A model generated the notes under the pieces. It searched no databases, had not been told where the DNA came from, and saw only the letters and a program-made list of their open reading frames with translations. Position numbers and translations under genes: made by a program. A DNA stretch of 64,000 bases, taken from sequence record MH595538.1; one strand, 5' to 3'. Each line of letters starts with the position of its first letter. Positions within the stretch are counted from its first letter, which is position 1. This document shows positions 21,898 to 31,433 of the stretch, in pieces.

Positions 21898-23058
21898 ATG
21901 AATTTGTTTAAATGGCGTAATAAGGAAAAGCCTGTACTGAGAGAAGCAAGTGCAAGGGCAACGATTGGATATCTTTCGTTAATGACCGATCCTGATTTTG
22001 TCACTATCGACAAGATCATAGATACTATTGGAATGCCTGAAATTATATACTATGACCACCATGAGCCTAGCTGGCATGAAGAAAGCTATCAGCATGGCAA
22101 GATCAAAGTAGATGGCATTGATCGCCAGGTGGCCTACATTAATTGGAATGAAGCTATCGAAAATAATGGACTTGGCGATCTCTATGCTACTGATCCTGAT
22201 TTTGTTCATAGTCTATTCCTTAACATGATCTATATTGATCAGCGTAATACAGGTACGATACTCCCATGCTATCCTGCTAGCATAGCCGCCCATGATCTTT
22301 TAAGGACTAAATTATGGGAAACTATTGGTCCCGTATTGGCATTGCCTTGTTATAATGATGAAGATGAGCATATCGTCCTTACATCAGATTTTGCTCATGT
22401 CTATGACCCCATGGAGTTTGCTGGCAGTGTGCTATATCCAGATGTCTATAATTGGAGCAGAAAAGTTATAGGTAAGCACTACGTCATAAAGGAACAGGAT
22501 AAAATTAAAGTCAAGGAGATTCCTGTATTTAAGGACTGGAAAGACCCTCTTTCTTTGTTTGTGGCTCATATGCCTCCTGCTTCCTTTAAGCTTCTACCGG
22601 CACAAGTCCCTACTCTGAGTATCCATAAAGGAGAACTTGGCTATCGGCCTGCCCTATCAGAAAACGCCCAATTTGGAGCCATCGTGGCTAACAAAGAGGA
22701 TTATTTCATTACGCTTGAAAAAGAATCCTTGCTCTTAGAAGAAGGATTCATTTATAGCGAGGTCCCGAATTCGGACTTGAAAAAGACTACGGTCGAGGAG
22801 CTTGAAGCAACAAGACGCGCAGCCGGAAAAGATGTTGTTGAACTTATAAAACAACAATTTGATCACGATAGTGGACAGGGAATCATCATCACTACACGGG
22901 ATGGTCTTCGTTACCCATATTGTCGACTGGAAGTACGATATGAAATTGCAGGCGATAATATTGCACATGTAGAAGATATCGTAGTCTTTGACAATAAAGA
23001 AACCAAAATCATCTCTCCGTTTGAAATCGCGTCTATTGCACCCGCTAAAATTATTTAA
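21898..23058 (+). CDS. Hypothetical protein
   Basis: 386-aa ORF. Confidence 0.8.
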   Translation: MNLFKWRNKEKPVLREASARATIGYLSLMTDPDFVTIDKIIDTIGMPEIIYYDHHEPSWHEESYQHGKIKVDGIDRQVAYINWNEAIENNGLGDLYATDPDFVHSLFLNMIYIDQRNTGTILPCYPASIAAHDLLRTKLWETIGPVLALPCYNDEDEHIVLTSDFAHVYDPMEFAGSVLYPDVYNWSRKVIGKHYVIKEQDKIKVKEIPVFKDWKDPLSLFVAHMPPASFKLLPAQVPTLSIHKGELGYRPALSENAQFGAIVANKEDYFITLEKESLLLEEGFIYSEVPNSDLKKTTVEELEATRRAAGKDVVELIKQQFDHDSGQGIIITTRDGLRYPYCRLEVRYEIAGDNIAHVEDIVVFDNKETKIISPFEIASIAPAKII

Positions 23059-23069
23059 AGGAGTATTTA

Positions 23070-24185
23070 ATGCTTAACGCTATAATAAGTTATTTCACTG
23101 GCAATTATCAATACAAGGATAATGCAGAGCCATGGAAGGAACTCTGTGCCGGAGTAATTAATCTTAAAGACCGTAAGATACTGTCTGATAACTTAACCAT
23201 CACTTTCAGTAATAAACTCTATCATGTTTCTGAAGCAGGCGATGGCCCTTATATACTGAAAGACAGTCAGTGTCGAGATCTTAAATATCTCTGTTTTAGC
23301 GAGAATGGAGAGAAGAGTAATCTAGGTGAACTCAGTGACCGTGCCTTAGCGGCACTGTATGACTTACTAGAGATTCTAATACGCAAAGATGTTGACCCTG
23401 ATAAGACGGAATCAATGCGTGAACTACAAAAGGATCTTGGTTGGCAGCTTCCGTCTGTATTTATAGTCAGGGATGCCTTTAGTAAACATCGTGATCGTCC
23501 TCGTGTCTATTTCGATGCTAGTTATATCACGGACCCGCTAGCCTCCATTAAAAGACCTTGCTTCCCTAGAAAGCCATATCTATATAAGGTGACTGGATTG
23601 TGCGCATTCATGATGGCTGACTATATGGACGGTGCTGATGGTTTCAATTGGTACCATGCAGATAAATTTAGGGTTACTCGTAGAAACATAGCTGTAACGT
23701 CTGGGTTTAACAACTGTTCATTAAAACTAGATGGGATTGGTAATCCTCACGGCCCTGTTCTTGTGGTTGACAACATGCTGTATCTGCCTAGGAAATTGAC
23801 ATGGCTAGAAAACTTGCTGTCAGCTAAACCTGGAACGGTATATGTAGAATATATGCGTGGAGACGGTGACTTAAATGATCGCTATCTTGATTACCCTCAG
23901 GGAGAAATAGTTTACATGTCTAGCAAGCAGTTCCTCAGACTCTTAGAAAAGCACCAGGCTAAGTTAAAGGAACAATATGCTTTCTGTATAGAAAACCTAA
24001 ATCCAGATGAAAACGAAATCATAGTTCAGCTGGATGGGGAGCTGTATATTCTATCTGATACTGTCGAGGATAAATACACGTTATTTAAACCACAGAATGA
24101 GGACGATTCAAAAAGCAATCAATGCCATGTAGATATACGGATGGATGACATCCGTATAGATCGCATTTACCTAGGTAAAATATGA
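23070..24185 (+). CDS. Hypothetical protein
   Basis: 371-aa ORF, SD AAGGAG. Confidence 0.8.
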   Translation: MLNAIISYFTGNYQYKDNAEPWKELCAGVINLKDRKILSDNLTITFSNKLYHVSEAGDGPYILKDSQCRDLKYLCFSENGEKSNLGELSDRALAALYDLLEILIRKDVDPDKTESMRELQKDLGWQLPSVFIVRDAFSKHRDRPRVYFDASYITDPLASIKRPCFPRKPYLYKVTGLCAFMMADYMDGADGFNWYHADKFRVTRRNIAVTSGFNNCSLKLDGIGNPHGPVLVVDNMLYLPRKLTWLENLLSAKPGTVYVEYMRGDGDLNDRYLDYPQGEIVYMSSKQFLRLLEKHQAKLKEQYAFCIENLNPDENEIIVQLDGELYILSDTVEDKYTLFKPQNEDDSKSNQCHVDIRMDDIRIDRIYLGKI

Positions 24186-24205
24186 GGTTCAACGAAATCT
24201 TAGAT

Positions 24206-24222
24206 CTATATTATCTAGGTGA
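24206..24222 (+). promoter_or_regulatory. Putative phage promoter motif, copy 4
   Basis: CTATATTATC-TAGG-TGA. Confidence 0.7.
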
Positions 24223-24302
24223 GACTGCTTGAGTAAAGCGTCTTATTCCTTGCTAATTGTAAATATTGCCGGCCCGCATCTGCGGGTTCCGGCATTCTTT
24301 TT
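24220..24302 (+). ncRNA. Candidate small RNA or attenuator leader
   Basis: Directly after the promoter motif: hairpin GAGAC.GCTT/AAGC.GTCTT, then TGCCGG-CCCGCA-TC-TGCGGG-TT-CCGGCA and TTCTTTTT. Confidence 0.4.
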
Positions 24303-24341
24303 CAAGGATAACTCATTTTCTTTTTGTTCTAAGGATCTAAC

Positions 24342-24749
24342 ATGCTCCATTACTACAACTCTTATCCACGGGCATCCAAGATGCCTACACCAATTACTAC
24401 TGCGTTATTAAACGCACCAGATCGAATATTGCATATCATCGCTCCTTTTGAAAAGGATCGAATGCTAATGGCTAAGATGCTGCGTGCGCAGTTCATGGCC
24501 TTAGGACATTATGCATGGATCGATCAACCCAGTAACTTATTGAAAAGTGCTGGTGATTATGTACTCATTCAAAAGACCGGCAATGATCTTAAAAACTATC
24601 AAGATCAATTAGCCATGGCTAAACGAGGCGCTAACTTCATTGGCCATGAAAATAAGATCATGGTCGAACGCATAGACGATCGTCTCAAATTATACTTCCG
24701 TGGAATGACAACAGCATTCACACAAAAAGAACTTACTGCTTTTTACTAA
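24342..24749 (+). CDS. Hypothetical protein
   Basis: 135-aa ORF, SD AAGGA. Confidence 0.7.
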   Translation: MLHYYNSYPRASKMPTPITTALLNAPDRILHIIAPFEKDRMLMAKMLRAQFMALGHYAWIDQPSNLLKSAGDYVLIQKTGNDLKNYQDQLAMAKRGANFIGHENKIMVERIDDRLKLYFRGMTTAFTQKELTAFY

Positions 24750-24802
24750 ACCTAATTTACAAACTTTAAAAACTTAAACTTAATTTGCAAGGAATCATTA
24801 TT

Positions 24803-25318
24803 ATGAAAACTCTAGTATCTCTATTCGCAACTGTATTCGCTCTAGCAACTACTTCTGTTCAAGCTGTTGAACTTGATGTGTTTAACATCGGTGACTGGGA
24901 CAAAGCTGAACCTTCAATCATTATCGGCGCAATGTCTTATCACTTTGATGCCGAAGATCACAAATACCTAAATGAAACTCACCCTGCAATCGGCATTGAG
25001 CTATGGGACATCTCTGTTGTTTACACTAGTGAAAACAGCTGGGAAGAACAAAGCTTCTATGTGGCATGGCGTCCAGACGTACTAGAAACTCAGCATCTAG
25101 ACATCTCTATCGATCTGGGTTTCTCTACTGGCTACTATGAAGATTCTTACGTAGTACGCGACGGCTACCGTTACAGCCGTACTGAGGGCATCAACATCAT
25201 TGATGGTATTCAGCCTCTTGGCGCTATTACTTTCGAAGGTAAAATCAACAAAGAGTTCAGTATCGAGGCCACTATTTCATACGGCGTTGGTATGCTATCT
25301 GGTCGTTACAACTTCTAA
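24803..25318 (+). CDS. Outer-membrane beta-barrel protein, PagP-like (lipid A acyltransferase-like)
   Basis: Sec signal peptide ending VQA; SYHFD, NETHPAIGIE and ENSWEEQS motifs; alternating strands; C-terminal YNF (BAM signal). Confidence 0.7.
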   Translation: MKTLVSLFATVFALATTSVQAVELDVFNIGDWDKAEPSIIIGAMSYHFDAEDHKYLNETHPAIGIELWDISVVYTSENSWEEQSFYVAWRPDVLETQHLDISIDLGFSTGYYEDSYVVRDGYRYSRTEGINIIDGIQPLGAITFEGKINKEFSIEATISYGVGMLSGRYNF

Positions 25319-25324
25319 AAATAC

Positions 25325-25348
25325 AGCCCTGCTTAATTAAGCAGGGCT
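25325..25348 (+). terminator. Perfect palindrome / hairpin
   Basis: AGCCCTGCTTAATTAAGCAGGGCT. Confidence 0.6.
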
Positions 25349-25384
25349 AATCTCTTCAATAAATTTTTTACATGAGGCATTATT

Positions 25385-26533
25385 ATGCGTAAATTTAAGT
25401 TTCCTTTTCTTAATCACAAAAAAGAAAAATTGACTGCTGTTACCAGCGAGAATAATCTTCCGGAGTGGGAAGATTATCGTGAAAGTAAAAGATTCACTGA
25501 CATGTACTCTTTTTACAGCGAATGTATAAAGGCTGCGATTGAATCTGGGCTGACATGGGCTGAAGAACTTAATGAATGGATCGAAGGGGTATTCCGGGGA
25601 GATGCTAGCGATGCCCTGACTTCCGCTATCTTAAATCCAGACTGTCATGCTTTACTGGAATGTATTAATGAAGCGAGCAAGCCAATAGGTCCTCCTCTAA
25701 AAGACCGCACAGGCGTAGCTTACATTTCGCCGGTGGATATACATGCTGATGTCAACATCAATGGACGCATTGCATTATTCTGTGATTTGAAAGCAGATAT
25801 GGTCTCTGGAAATAATACTGGCGTGTTTGTCTCCATTGCCTTTCCTCACAAAAAGCAAATAGATCCATCAAATATCGACGAGCGACTTCTAGAGCAAGGA
25901 GCATCTAGCTTTTATTACATTGGCGATATTGCACGTATTCGAGATAAACTGAATGAGGTCCATCCAGAAATAAACGTTATTCCTGTTTCATGTTCCGGCA
26001 TCACTATCAGACAAAGCGGGTATTTCAGATGTTTCCATGATGCTTATACAGAGTCTGAATATGGTTTCTCTGGAATTGATGGCTTGATATATAGACATAT
26101 CGGACCTAGTATGAGTGAGGCATTGGGCACGAATGCAAATATCTATTCGGCAGTAGGAGTCGGCAGCGGTGCTGAATGCACAACACTCCAGATCGATACT
26201 TCGGAAAAAGAAGCGATAATGATTTCACATCATGAATATGTTTCTTTGACCTACGTCGCTGAAAAACTACAGGTAAAGAAGGCTATTTCCTTGCGCGATG
26301 AAGGTAAGAGTTTCGTTCTCGTTACTCCCGATGGGAAAAGCAGAGTTGACGGATTTATCGATGATGAGGGAGAGGTAGCATCCCATGGCATTCTAGGTGT
26401 AATTGCACTTGGTGAAAAATGGTTCGTCGAAGAAGTGAAGTCTTTTGATGACAGTTATTGTCGAAGTACTGAAAATTGGGAAAAGCTCAAAAGGTCAGGC
26501 ATCGACGTTGACATATTAGATTGCGAAAAATAA
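25385..26533 (+). CDS. Hypothetical protein (paralog of 26559..27926)
   Basis: Shared N-terminal Y..YR.S..F....FY.ECI.A......EEL.EW..GV..G. Confidence 0.8.
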   Translation: MRKFKFPFLNHKKEKLTAVTSENNLPEWEDYRESKRFTDMYSFYSECIKAAIESGLTWAEELNEWIEGVFRGDASDALTSAILNPDCHALLECINEASKPIGPPLKDRTGVAYISPVDIHADVNINGRIALFCDLKADMVSGNNTGVFVSIAFPHKKQIDPSNIDERLLEQGASSFYYIGDIARIRDKLNEVHPEINVIPVSCSGITIRQSGYFRCFHDAYTESEYGFSGIDGLIYRHIGPSMSEALGTNANIYSAVGVGSGAECTTLQIDTSEKEAIMISHHEYVSLTYVAEKLQVKKAISLRDEGKSFVLVTPDGKSRVDGFIDDEGEVASHGILGVIALGEKWFVEEVKSFDDSYCRSTENWEKLKRSGIDVDILDCEK

Positions 26534-26558
26534 ACAATTAGTTAAAAGGATCATTATT

Positions 26559-27926
26559 ATGATATTCGGATTAAAATTTACACCACCCTGGAAAAAGACC
26601 CTGGGTGACGGAAAGGTCGCATGCAATCAAGGCGATAAAGAAGTGCATGTGGATCCAGTAAGGGACTCTTACGCATCTTATCGCAAAAGCGACGACTTCA
26701 AAGCATTACTGTGTTTTTACGTTGAATGTATAGAAGCTTCCGAATCTAACAAATACATTCCTACGGAAGAGCTAAAGGAGTGGTATAAAGGAGTACTGGA
26801 AGGACAGTTATCATCGGAGACTTTATGGAAACCATTATCCATTAATGCCAAGGCATTCCTGATAACTATGCAAGCAGCAGATTGTTCCTCTCATAATTCT
26901 CTGAGAGCACCTAATAACACTGATTACATTCCCCGTAGTTATAGAGCAACCGAGGATTTACTCAGTGAGTCTCTCGTACTGGTTTGTGAGCACAGCGCCA
27001 ATCCGGAAACGAAGTATGTTTCCGTAGCCGCGCCGGTGAGACCCAATGAGTCGGTTATTCCAATGACTTACAGCTGTATTGGCAATGGTGAAGAAGTATG
27101 CGCTAAGATCAATCGACTGCATCCTCACCTGACCATCCTGTATGTAAAATCTAAAGCATTGACTGATTTCAGCGTTGCACATATCGAATCGATGAAGAAA
27201 AGGGATGTTCTCAAAAATCGCGTATGGCGAGCGATAGACGGAAACTTCTATCAATGGATAGGCGAGGTTAAAACTAAGTCACTTGGAACTCATACGACAT
27301 TCTTAGTACAGGGGACATTTTATTCCAATTATGAACATCTTTTGAATATTGATGATTCTAGCAATAAAGTGATTCTTGCAAATAGTGCATTGGAAACTAA
27401 GTTAAACCATCTTATGAGAATAGGGGAAAAGGAAAAGGTAAGTCGCCATCCATACACCGGCTATAGTTTGCTGATGATCAATAGCCAGAGTGGAACTATT
27501 AAGCGAACTTACTATGAAGGTGAGACATTAAGGTTTATTGATGGTGCCGAAGTAGAAGACATCGGAGTGAAATGGTTCGTTCACGATAAGATACGAGACC
27601 GCTATACGCTCGATGACATTATTGAAAGTGAGCTTCAGTTGACTCCTTCTCAACAAAAGGCACTGGCTAAGATCGACGATGGGTTTGCACGAAGCGTAAG
27701 TTCTTTACCTATTGATCGTCTTGAACAAGCCATTAAAATGACTCGCGCTTCTGACGGTGAGAGAATAGCAGTGGCTACGACCAAGGTCGATGCCGCAATA
27801 AAAGAATACCTTTATTCTCGCATCAGAGAAGGCGACGAGGAAGGCTATTCGGTCATTGAACAATTGGACAACTATCTTCCAAAAGGAGATTTACATGAAA
27901 GAGAATCTTCAGATTCTATGGAGTGA
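26559..27926 (+). CDS. Hypothetical protein (paralog of 25385..26533)
   Basis: Same shared segment; also LG.KWFV.....D. Confidence 0.8.
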   Translation: MIFGLKFTPPWKKTLGDGKVACNQGDKEVHVDPVRDSYASYRKSDDFKALLCFYVECIEASESNKYIPTEELKEWYKGVLEGQLSSETLWKPLSINAKAFLITMQAADCSSHNSLRAPNNTDYIPRSYRATEDLLSESLVLVCEHSANPETKYVSVAAPVRPNESVIPMTYSCIGNGEEVCAKINRLHPHLTILYVKSKALTDFSVAHIESMKKRDVLKNRVWRAIDGNFYQWIGEVKTKSLGTHTTFLVQGTFYSNYEHLLNIDDSSNKVILANSALETKLNHLMRIGEKEKVSRHPYTGYSLLMINSQSGTIKRTYYEGETLRFIDGAEVEDIGVKWFVHDKIRDRYTLDDIIESELQLTPSQQKALAKIDDGFARSVSSLPIDRLEQAIKMTRASDGERIAVATTKVDAAIKEYLYSRIREGDEEGYSVIEQLDNYLPKGDLHERESSDSME

Positions 27927-28209
27927 GTTTAAAGACTCGCCTGCAAAATGGCTGCTTCGCATTGCAGTCATTCTTGCGATAGGGACAATAGTGTTCCTAT
28001 TCCTCTCTGCTAGGCTGCCTGGATGGTTTAAGTCCATGGCGATACAGTATGACTTACCTGATAAAGAAGTCGATTATAAATGGCTTACAGGAAGCTGTAC
28101 ATTGAATACGGGAACAGAGAAAAACCCTGATTGGGTTTTATGTAGTCGTTACTATGGCAGTAAAGACAGCAGTAACTCTGAGCCTGATGTAGACATGCCA
28201 GATAACTAA
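27895..28209 (+). CDS. Single-TM membrane protein
   Basis: SD AAGGAG; hydrophobic WLLRIAVILAIGTIVFLFL; periplasmic Cys pair. Confidence 0.7.
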   Translation: MKENLQILWSEFKDSPAKWLLRIAVILAIGTIVFLFLSARLPGWFKSMAIQYDLPDKEVDYKWLTGSCTLNTGTEKNPDWVLCSRYYGSKDSSNSEPDVDMPDN

Positions 28210-28242
28210 GGGACTCCGGTCCCTTAACAAGGAAACAATATT

Positions 28243-28524
28243 ATGTCAAGAAAATTTAATGTTCGTTTGTTCCATAAGGACAAACCAAAAGGTAAGCAAT
28301 GGGGACCGGTGCTTAAGTTCTCTGATCTAGCGGAACTAGATGCGATCCTCAAGCCTTCTAAACCACTAGGGTATCCAAACTGCCCTATTCGTTATCGCTA
28401 CGGAAAGAACCATGTTGAAGCTTACGTAGCCGAAGGACCTAAAGAACGAATCATCGCAGCAGTGGATGCCAATGCCGCACTAACTGGACTTAAAATAGAA
28501 GGGAGAAGACCAGATGACTACTAA
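28243..28524 (+). CDS. Hypothetical protein
   Basis: 93-aa ORF, SD AAGGA. Confidence 0.7.
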   Translation: MSRKFNVRLFHKDKPKGKQWGPVLKFSDLAELDAILKPSKPLGYPNCPIRYRYGKNHVEAYVAEGPKERIIAAVDANAALTGLKIEGRRPDDY

Positions 28525-29179
28525 ACGTTTAATACATGGAATTGGCAATCGCTCAGGCATGCCCACTACTGTCATTGGCAGTAACGGAAAGTCTAAATTA
28601 TGTCCAATCTATCAGCGCTGGTATCGCTTACTGTCTGATGCCAATGAAAATAAAATTACGGTAGATGATGAACTTGCCGATTTACGTCTATTTTCAGACC
28701 ATATAAAGGCACAAGGTTATGAGCCAAATAAGCATCGTATTGTTGATTTGTCTTACTTTACAACCTTAACTGGGGATTGTACCGTAACGAAGAGACTTTG
28801 TGATATTATTGTTGTCAAGAAAGAACATACGCATTACTTTATCAGCAAGCGACCAGAGCGTGAACTTCCATTCTGGGTTCACTATGCCGGAGGCGTCTTT
28901 CGAGCTCAAGTAACAATGTGGAATCGAAACTGCTGGGAGCGTAAAGAAGGAGAGCGTCGCGAAGGCAAGAAAACTGTAAAATTAGGTAAAGATCCCATCG
29001 TTTTACACTTATGGGCTATCGAACGTAAGATAGAAAACTTCCTGTATTTGATGCGGGAATATGAATCAGGCAGTGCTGCTCAGATCGGCATGAATAACGT
29101 TATCGAAACGTTAAAGAAAGCAGCAGATCTAAAAGCAGAATACATTCCATCAAAGATAGAGATACAGAGGGTCGCATGA
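28514..29179 (+). CDS. Degenerate HNH/AP2-like family protein (paralog 2 of 3)
   Basis: LIHGIG...PIYQRWYRLL...FSDHIKAQGYE...LPFWV..GGVFRAQV...LGKDPIVLHLWAIERKI. Confidence 0.5.
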   Translation: MTTKRLIHGIGNRSGMPTTVIGSNGKSKLCPIYQRWYRLLSDANENKITVDDELADLRLFSDHIKAQGYEPNKHRIVDLSYFTTLTGDCTVTKRLCDIIVVKKEHTHYFISKRPERELPFWVHYAGGVFRAQVTMWNRNCWERKEGERREGKKTVKLGKDPIVLHLWAIERKIENFLYLMREYESGSAAQIGMNNVIETLKKAADLKAEYIPSKIEIQRVA

Positions 29180-29186
29180 CCCTCTG
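29165..29186 (+). terminator. Hairpin
   Basis: CAGAGGGTC-GCAT-GACCCTCTG. Confidence 0.65.
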
Positions 29187-29199
29187 ATTATTTATATCT

Positions 29200-29216
29200 C
29201 TATATTATCTAAGTGA
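29200..29216 (+). promoter_or_regulatory. Putative phage promoter motif, copy 5
   Basis: CTATATTATC-TAAG-TGA. Confidence 0.7.
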
Positions 29217-29239
29217 ATTAATCAAAAGGAAACATTATT

Positions 29240-29764
29240 ATGTTAAATAAACAAACTCCAGTCAAACACCCAGGTGACCTAGCATTTGCACTGCAGCGCT
29301 TACTGTCAATTAAATCACTCACCGGCTATGAAGCTTGCAAGATTCTAGATAATCTAGCAAAGGGCTGGTCGCATCAACAGATCTATCGCTGCTTTACCAA
29401 GTATAAAGGCATTTACTGGGACTTCACCTTGGTGCCTCAAGAAGGCAAGCCAGATAAAAAGGTATACTGGGCGTTGCCTGATGCCGAGCAAATCGCCCTG
29501 CCTAAAGAACTGCGTATTGAAGTGGCCTGTAATGTCTGTACGCGTAAAGAGATCTATAAAATGATTAATCTACTCATTACTGATGAGAAGCGCGTAAAGA
29601 AAGCACTGGAGCAAGCGGGGACTGATCAATTGAAGTCTTTCATTTGCAATGTTGAATTGACGCGGCTAAATGGCGAGTTCGAACGATTGAACATGGCATT
29701 AAATAGTTCGCTGAATGTGGAAGATGGTCCATATCCGTTTATCCTTGCATCAGTGATGAAATAG
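29240..29764 (+). CDS. Hypothetical protein
   Basis: 174-aa ORF with SD. Confidence 0.8.
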   Translation: MLNKQTPVKHPGDLAFALQRLLSIKSLTGYEACKILDNLAKGWSHQQIYRCFTKYKGIYWDFTLVPQEGKPDKKVYWALPDAEQIALPKELRIEVACNVCTRKEIYKMINLLITDEKRVKKALEQAGTDQLKSFICNVELTRLNGEFERLNMALNSSLNVEDGPYPFILASVMK

Positions 29765-29775
29765 GAGTATTGAAC

Positions 29776-30528
29776 ATGTCTAAATGTATTCACGTATTTA
29801 CACTATGTAATGGCGAACTAACCCAGTTCAATATCCATCGTCCCTTAATGGATGCTGAGTTCTTCTTCATTTCTCCTCCTTCTAACATCTTCGATACTTT
29901 TATTGTCACTCCTGGTGAAACGCGAGTCTTTACTGCAAAGAACTTAGGCTCCGGATACACCAGCTCTGTTGATATAACCAGAGAGGTTAACGAGTTGTTA
30001 GACGGAGATGCACAGCCTGAGTTTGATGCTTTGGCTGCACTTAAGTCGTCTGAACATCTTTATAACTTACCAAAGAACTTGCCTGTGAGCGAGGAGGTAA
30101 CGTTAGAAGCAGAAGCAAGTACATCATCTGCGATGTGGCGAGATGAAGGAAAAGCCGATCCTTTCGACGATCATTATACGAAAAGCAATCCTGCGGTCGC
30201 GGCACTGCATTATGAAAGAGATCAAATCCTTGATCTATGCTCAGCTAAAATGTTTACAGACCTAGGTGCTGCTTCGATTATTAAAGACCACATACGCTAT
30301 TGGACTCGTAAACTATGTGATCTCGAATCCAAAGAAGAGTGCCACTTAAATAACCTAGAGCGAGCACAATTAAAGTTCGGTGTTTGCAGCGATGACAATC
30401 TGGCGAACCTGGTTTATCTTTATGGTGATTCACACCATGATATTTACTTTGCAAGCAAGATACAAGACGCTGCTAAAGAAAGAATGGAATGGTTGTACGC
30501 TAAATATGATCAATTAGCATTAGCCTAA
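29776..30528 (+). CDS. Hypothetical protein
   Basis: ORF with SD AGGAG; C-terminal internal pseudo-repeat. Confidence 0.75.
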   Translation: MSKCIHVFTLCNGELTQFNIHRPLMDAEFFFISPPSNIFDTFIVTPGETRVFTAKNLGSGYTSSVDITREVNELLDGDAQPEFDALAALKSSEHLYNLPKNLPVSEEVTLEAEASTSSAMWRDEGKADPFDDHYTKSNPAVAALHYERDQILDLCSAKMFTDLGAASIIKDHIRYWTRKLCDLESKEECHLNNLERAQLKFGVCSDDNLANLVYLYGDSHHDIYFASKIQDAAKERMEWLYAKYDQLALA

Positions 30529-30549
30529 ATTAACAACGGAGGCAATATT

Positions 30550-31194
30550 ATGTCTAACAAGAAACTGGTATTGGGCATTGGGGATACGGATGTCCCATCA
30601 TCGATCAAAAGAGAAGGAGGCGGCTATGACCGCACTCCTTATTATTACGCATGGTCTACGCTGCTAAGAGCCCTTGTAAAGAACACCGAGCTAAAGCCTT
30701 CTGAGAAAGTGCTAAAACTCAGTCACGTACAAGATAGTCTCATTAAACAAGGCTATGATAATACCTTGCATACCATTAAGATGGTGCCGTCTAGCTGGTG
30801 TATCGATGAGAGTCCTAAAGGAAAGGTTGATATTGAAGACATCTTTATTGTCGACCGTTGTGATTCCGGACTGTTTGCAAGCCCTCGTGGCAAAAGAGAT
30901 CTACCTCTGTGGGTGACTAACCCTAAGGACTGCAAGGGTTATCGTGCAAACATTGCTGTCTTTAATCCAGAACACTATGATCTATTTGGCTATAGCGAAG
31001 TACTTTACAAGTTTGGTCCTGATCCAATGGAGCTGCATTACTGGGCAATGGATCATAAGATCCGCAGCCTAGAACTATTGCTTGGTAAATACCCTCCGTT
31101 TGGCCAGACTCAAACTACCCATCGTGCAATTAACAAAGTTATCAACAAACTTAAACTAGTGGCATCTACTAAAGAGGAAGCGCTGTCATGTTAA
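30550..31194 (+). CDS. Degenerate HNH/AP2-like family protein (paralog 3 of 3)
   Basis: LVLGIG...PYYYAWSTLL...LIKQGYD...LPLWV...GYRANI...FGPDPMELHYWAMDHKI. Confidence 0.5.
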   Translation: MSNKKLVLGIGDTDVPSSIKREGGGYDRTPYYYAWSTLLRALVKNTELKPSEKVLKLSHVQDSLIKQGYDNTLHTIKMVPSSWCIDESPKGKVDIEDIFIVDRCDSGLFASPRGKRDLPLWVTNPKDCKGYRANIAVFNPEHYDLFGYSEVLYKFGPDPMELHYWAMDHKIRSLELLLGKYPPFGQTQTTHRAINKVINKLKLVASTKEEALSC

Positions 31195-31421
31195 CTAATG
31201 TTGTTCGAGTGGGAGACTATGATCTCCCTATTCTTGATTGGCTATGTTCTATCCTGTTTGTTCTCGTCGTCATTCTAGGAGGGTTCAGTTATGTTCTCTC
31301 CTTTGCTGATATGACTCCTGGTTATTTCACTGACTTTTATATTAAATTGTCAATAACGATCTTTCTTACTACTGGCGTCGCAACATTGCCATTACACCTT
31401 CGTAAGCAACGTAACTTTTAA
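31188..31421 (+). CDS. Small 2-TM membrane protein
   Basis: Two hydrophobic segments and a basic C-terminus. Confidence 0.65.
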   Translation: MLTNVVRVGDYDLPILDWLCSILFVLVVILGGFSYVLSFADMTPGYFTDFYIKLSITIFLTTGVATLPLHLRKQRNF

Positions 31422-31433
31422 AAGGAATTTATC

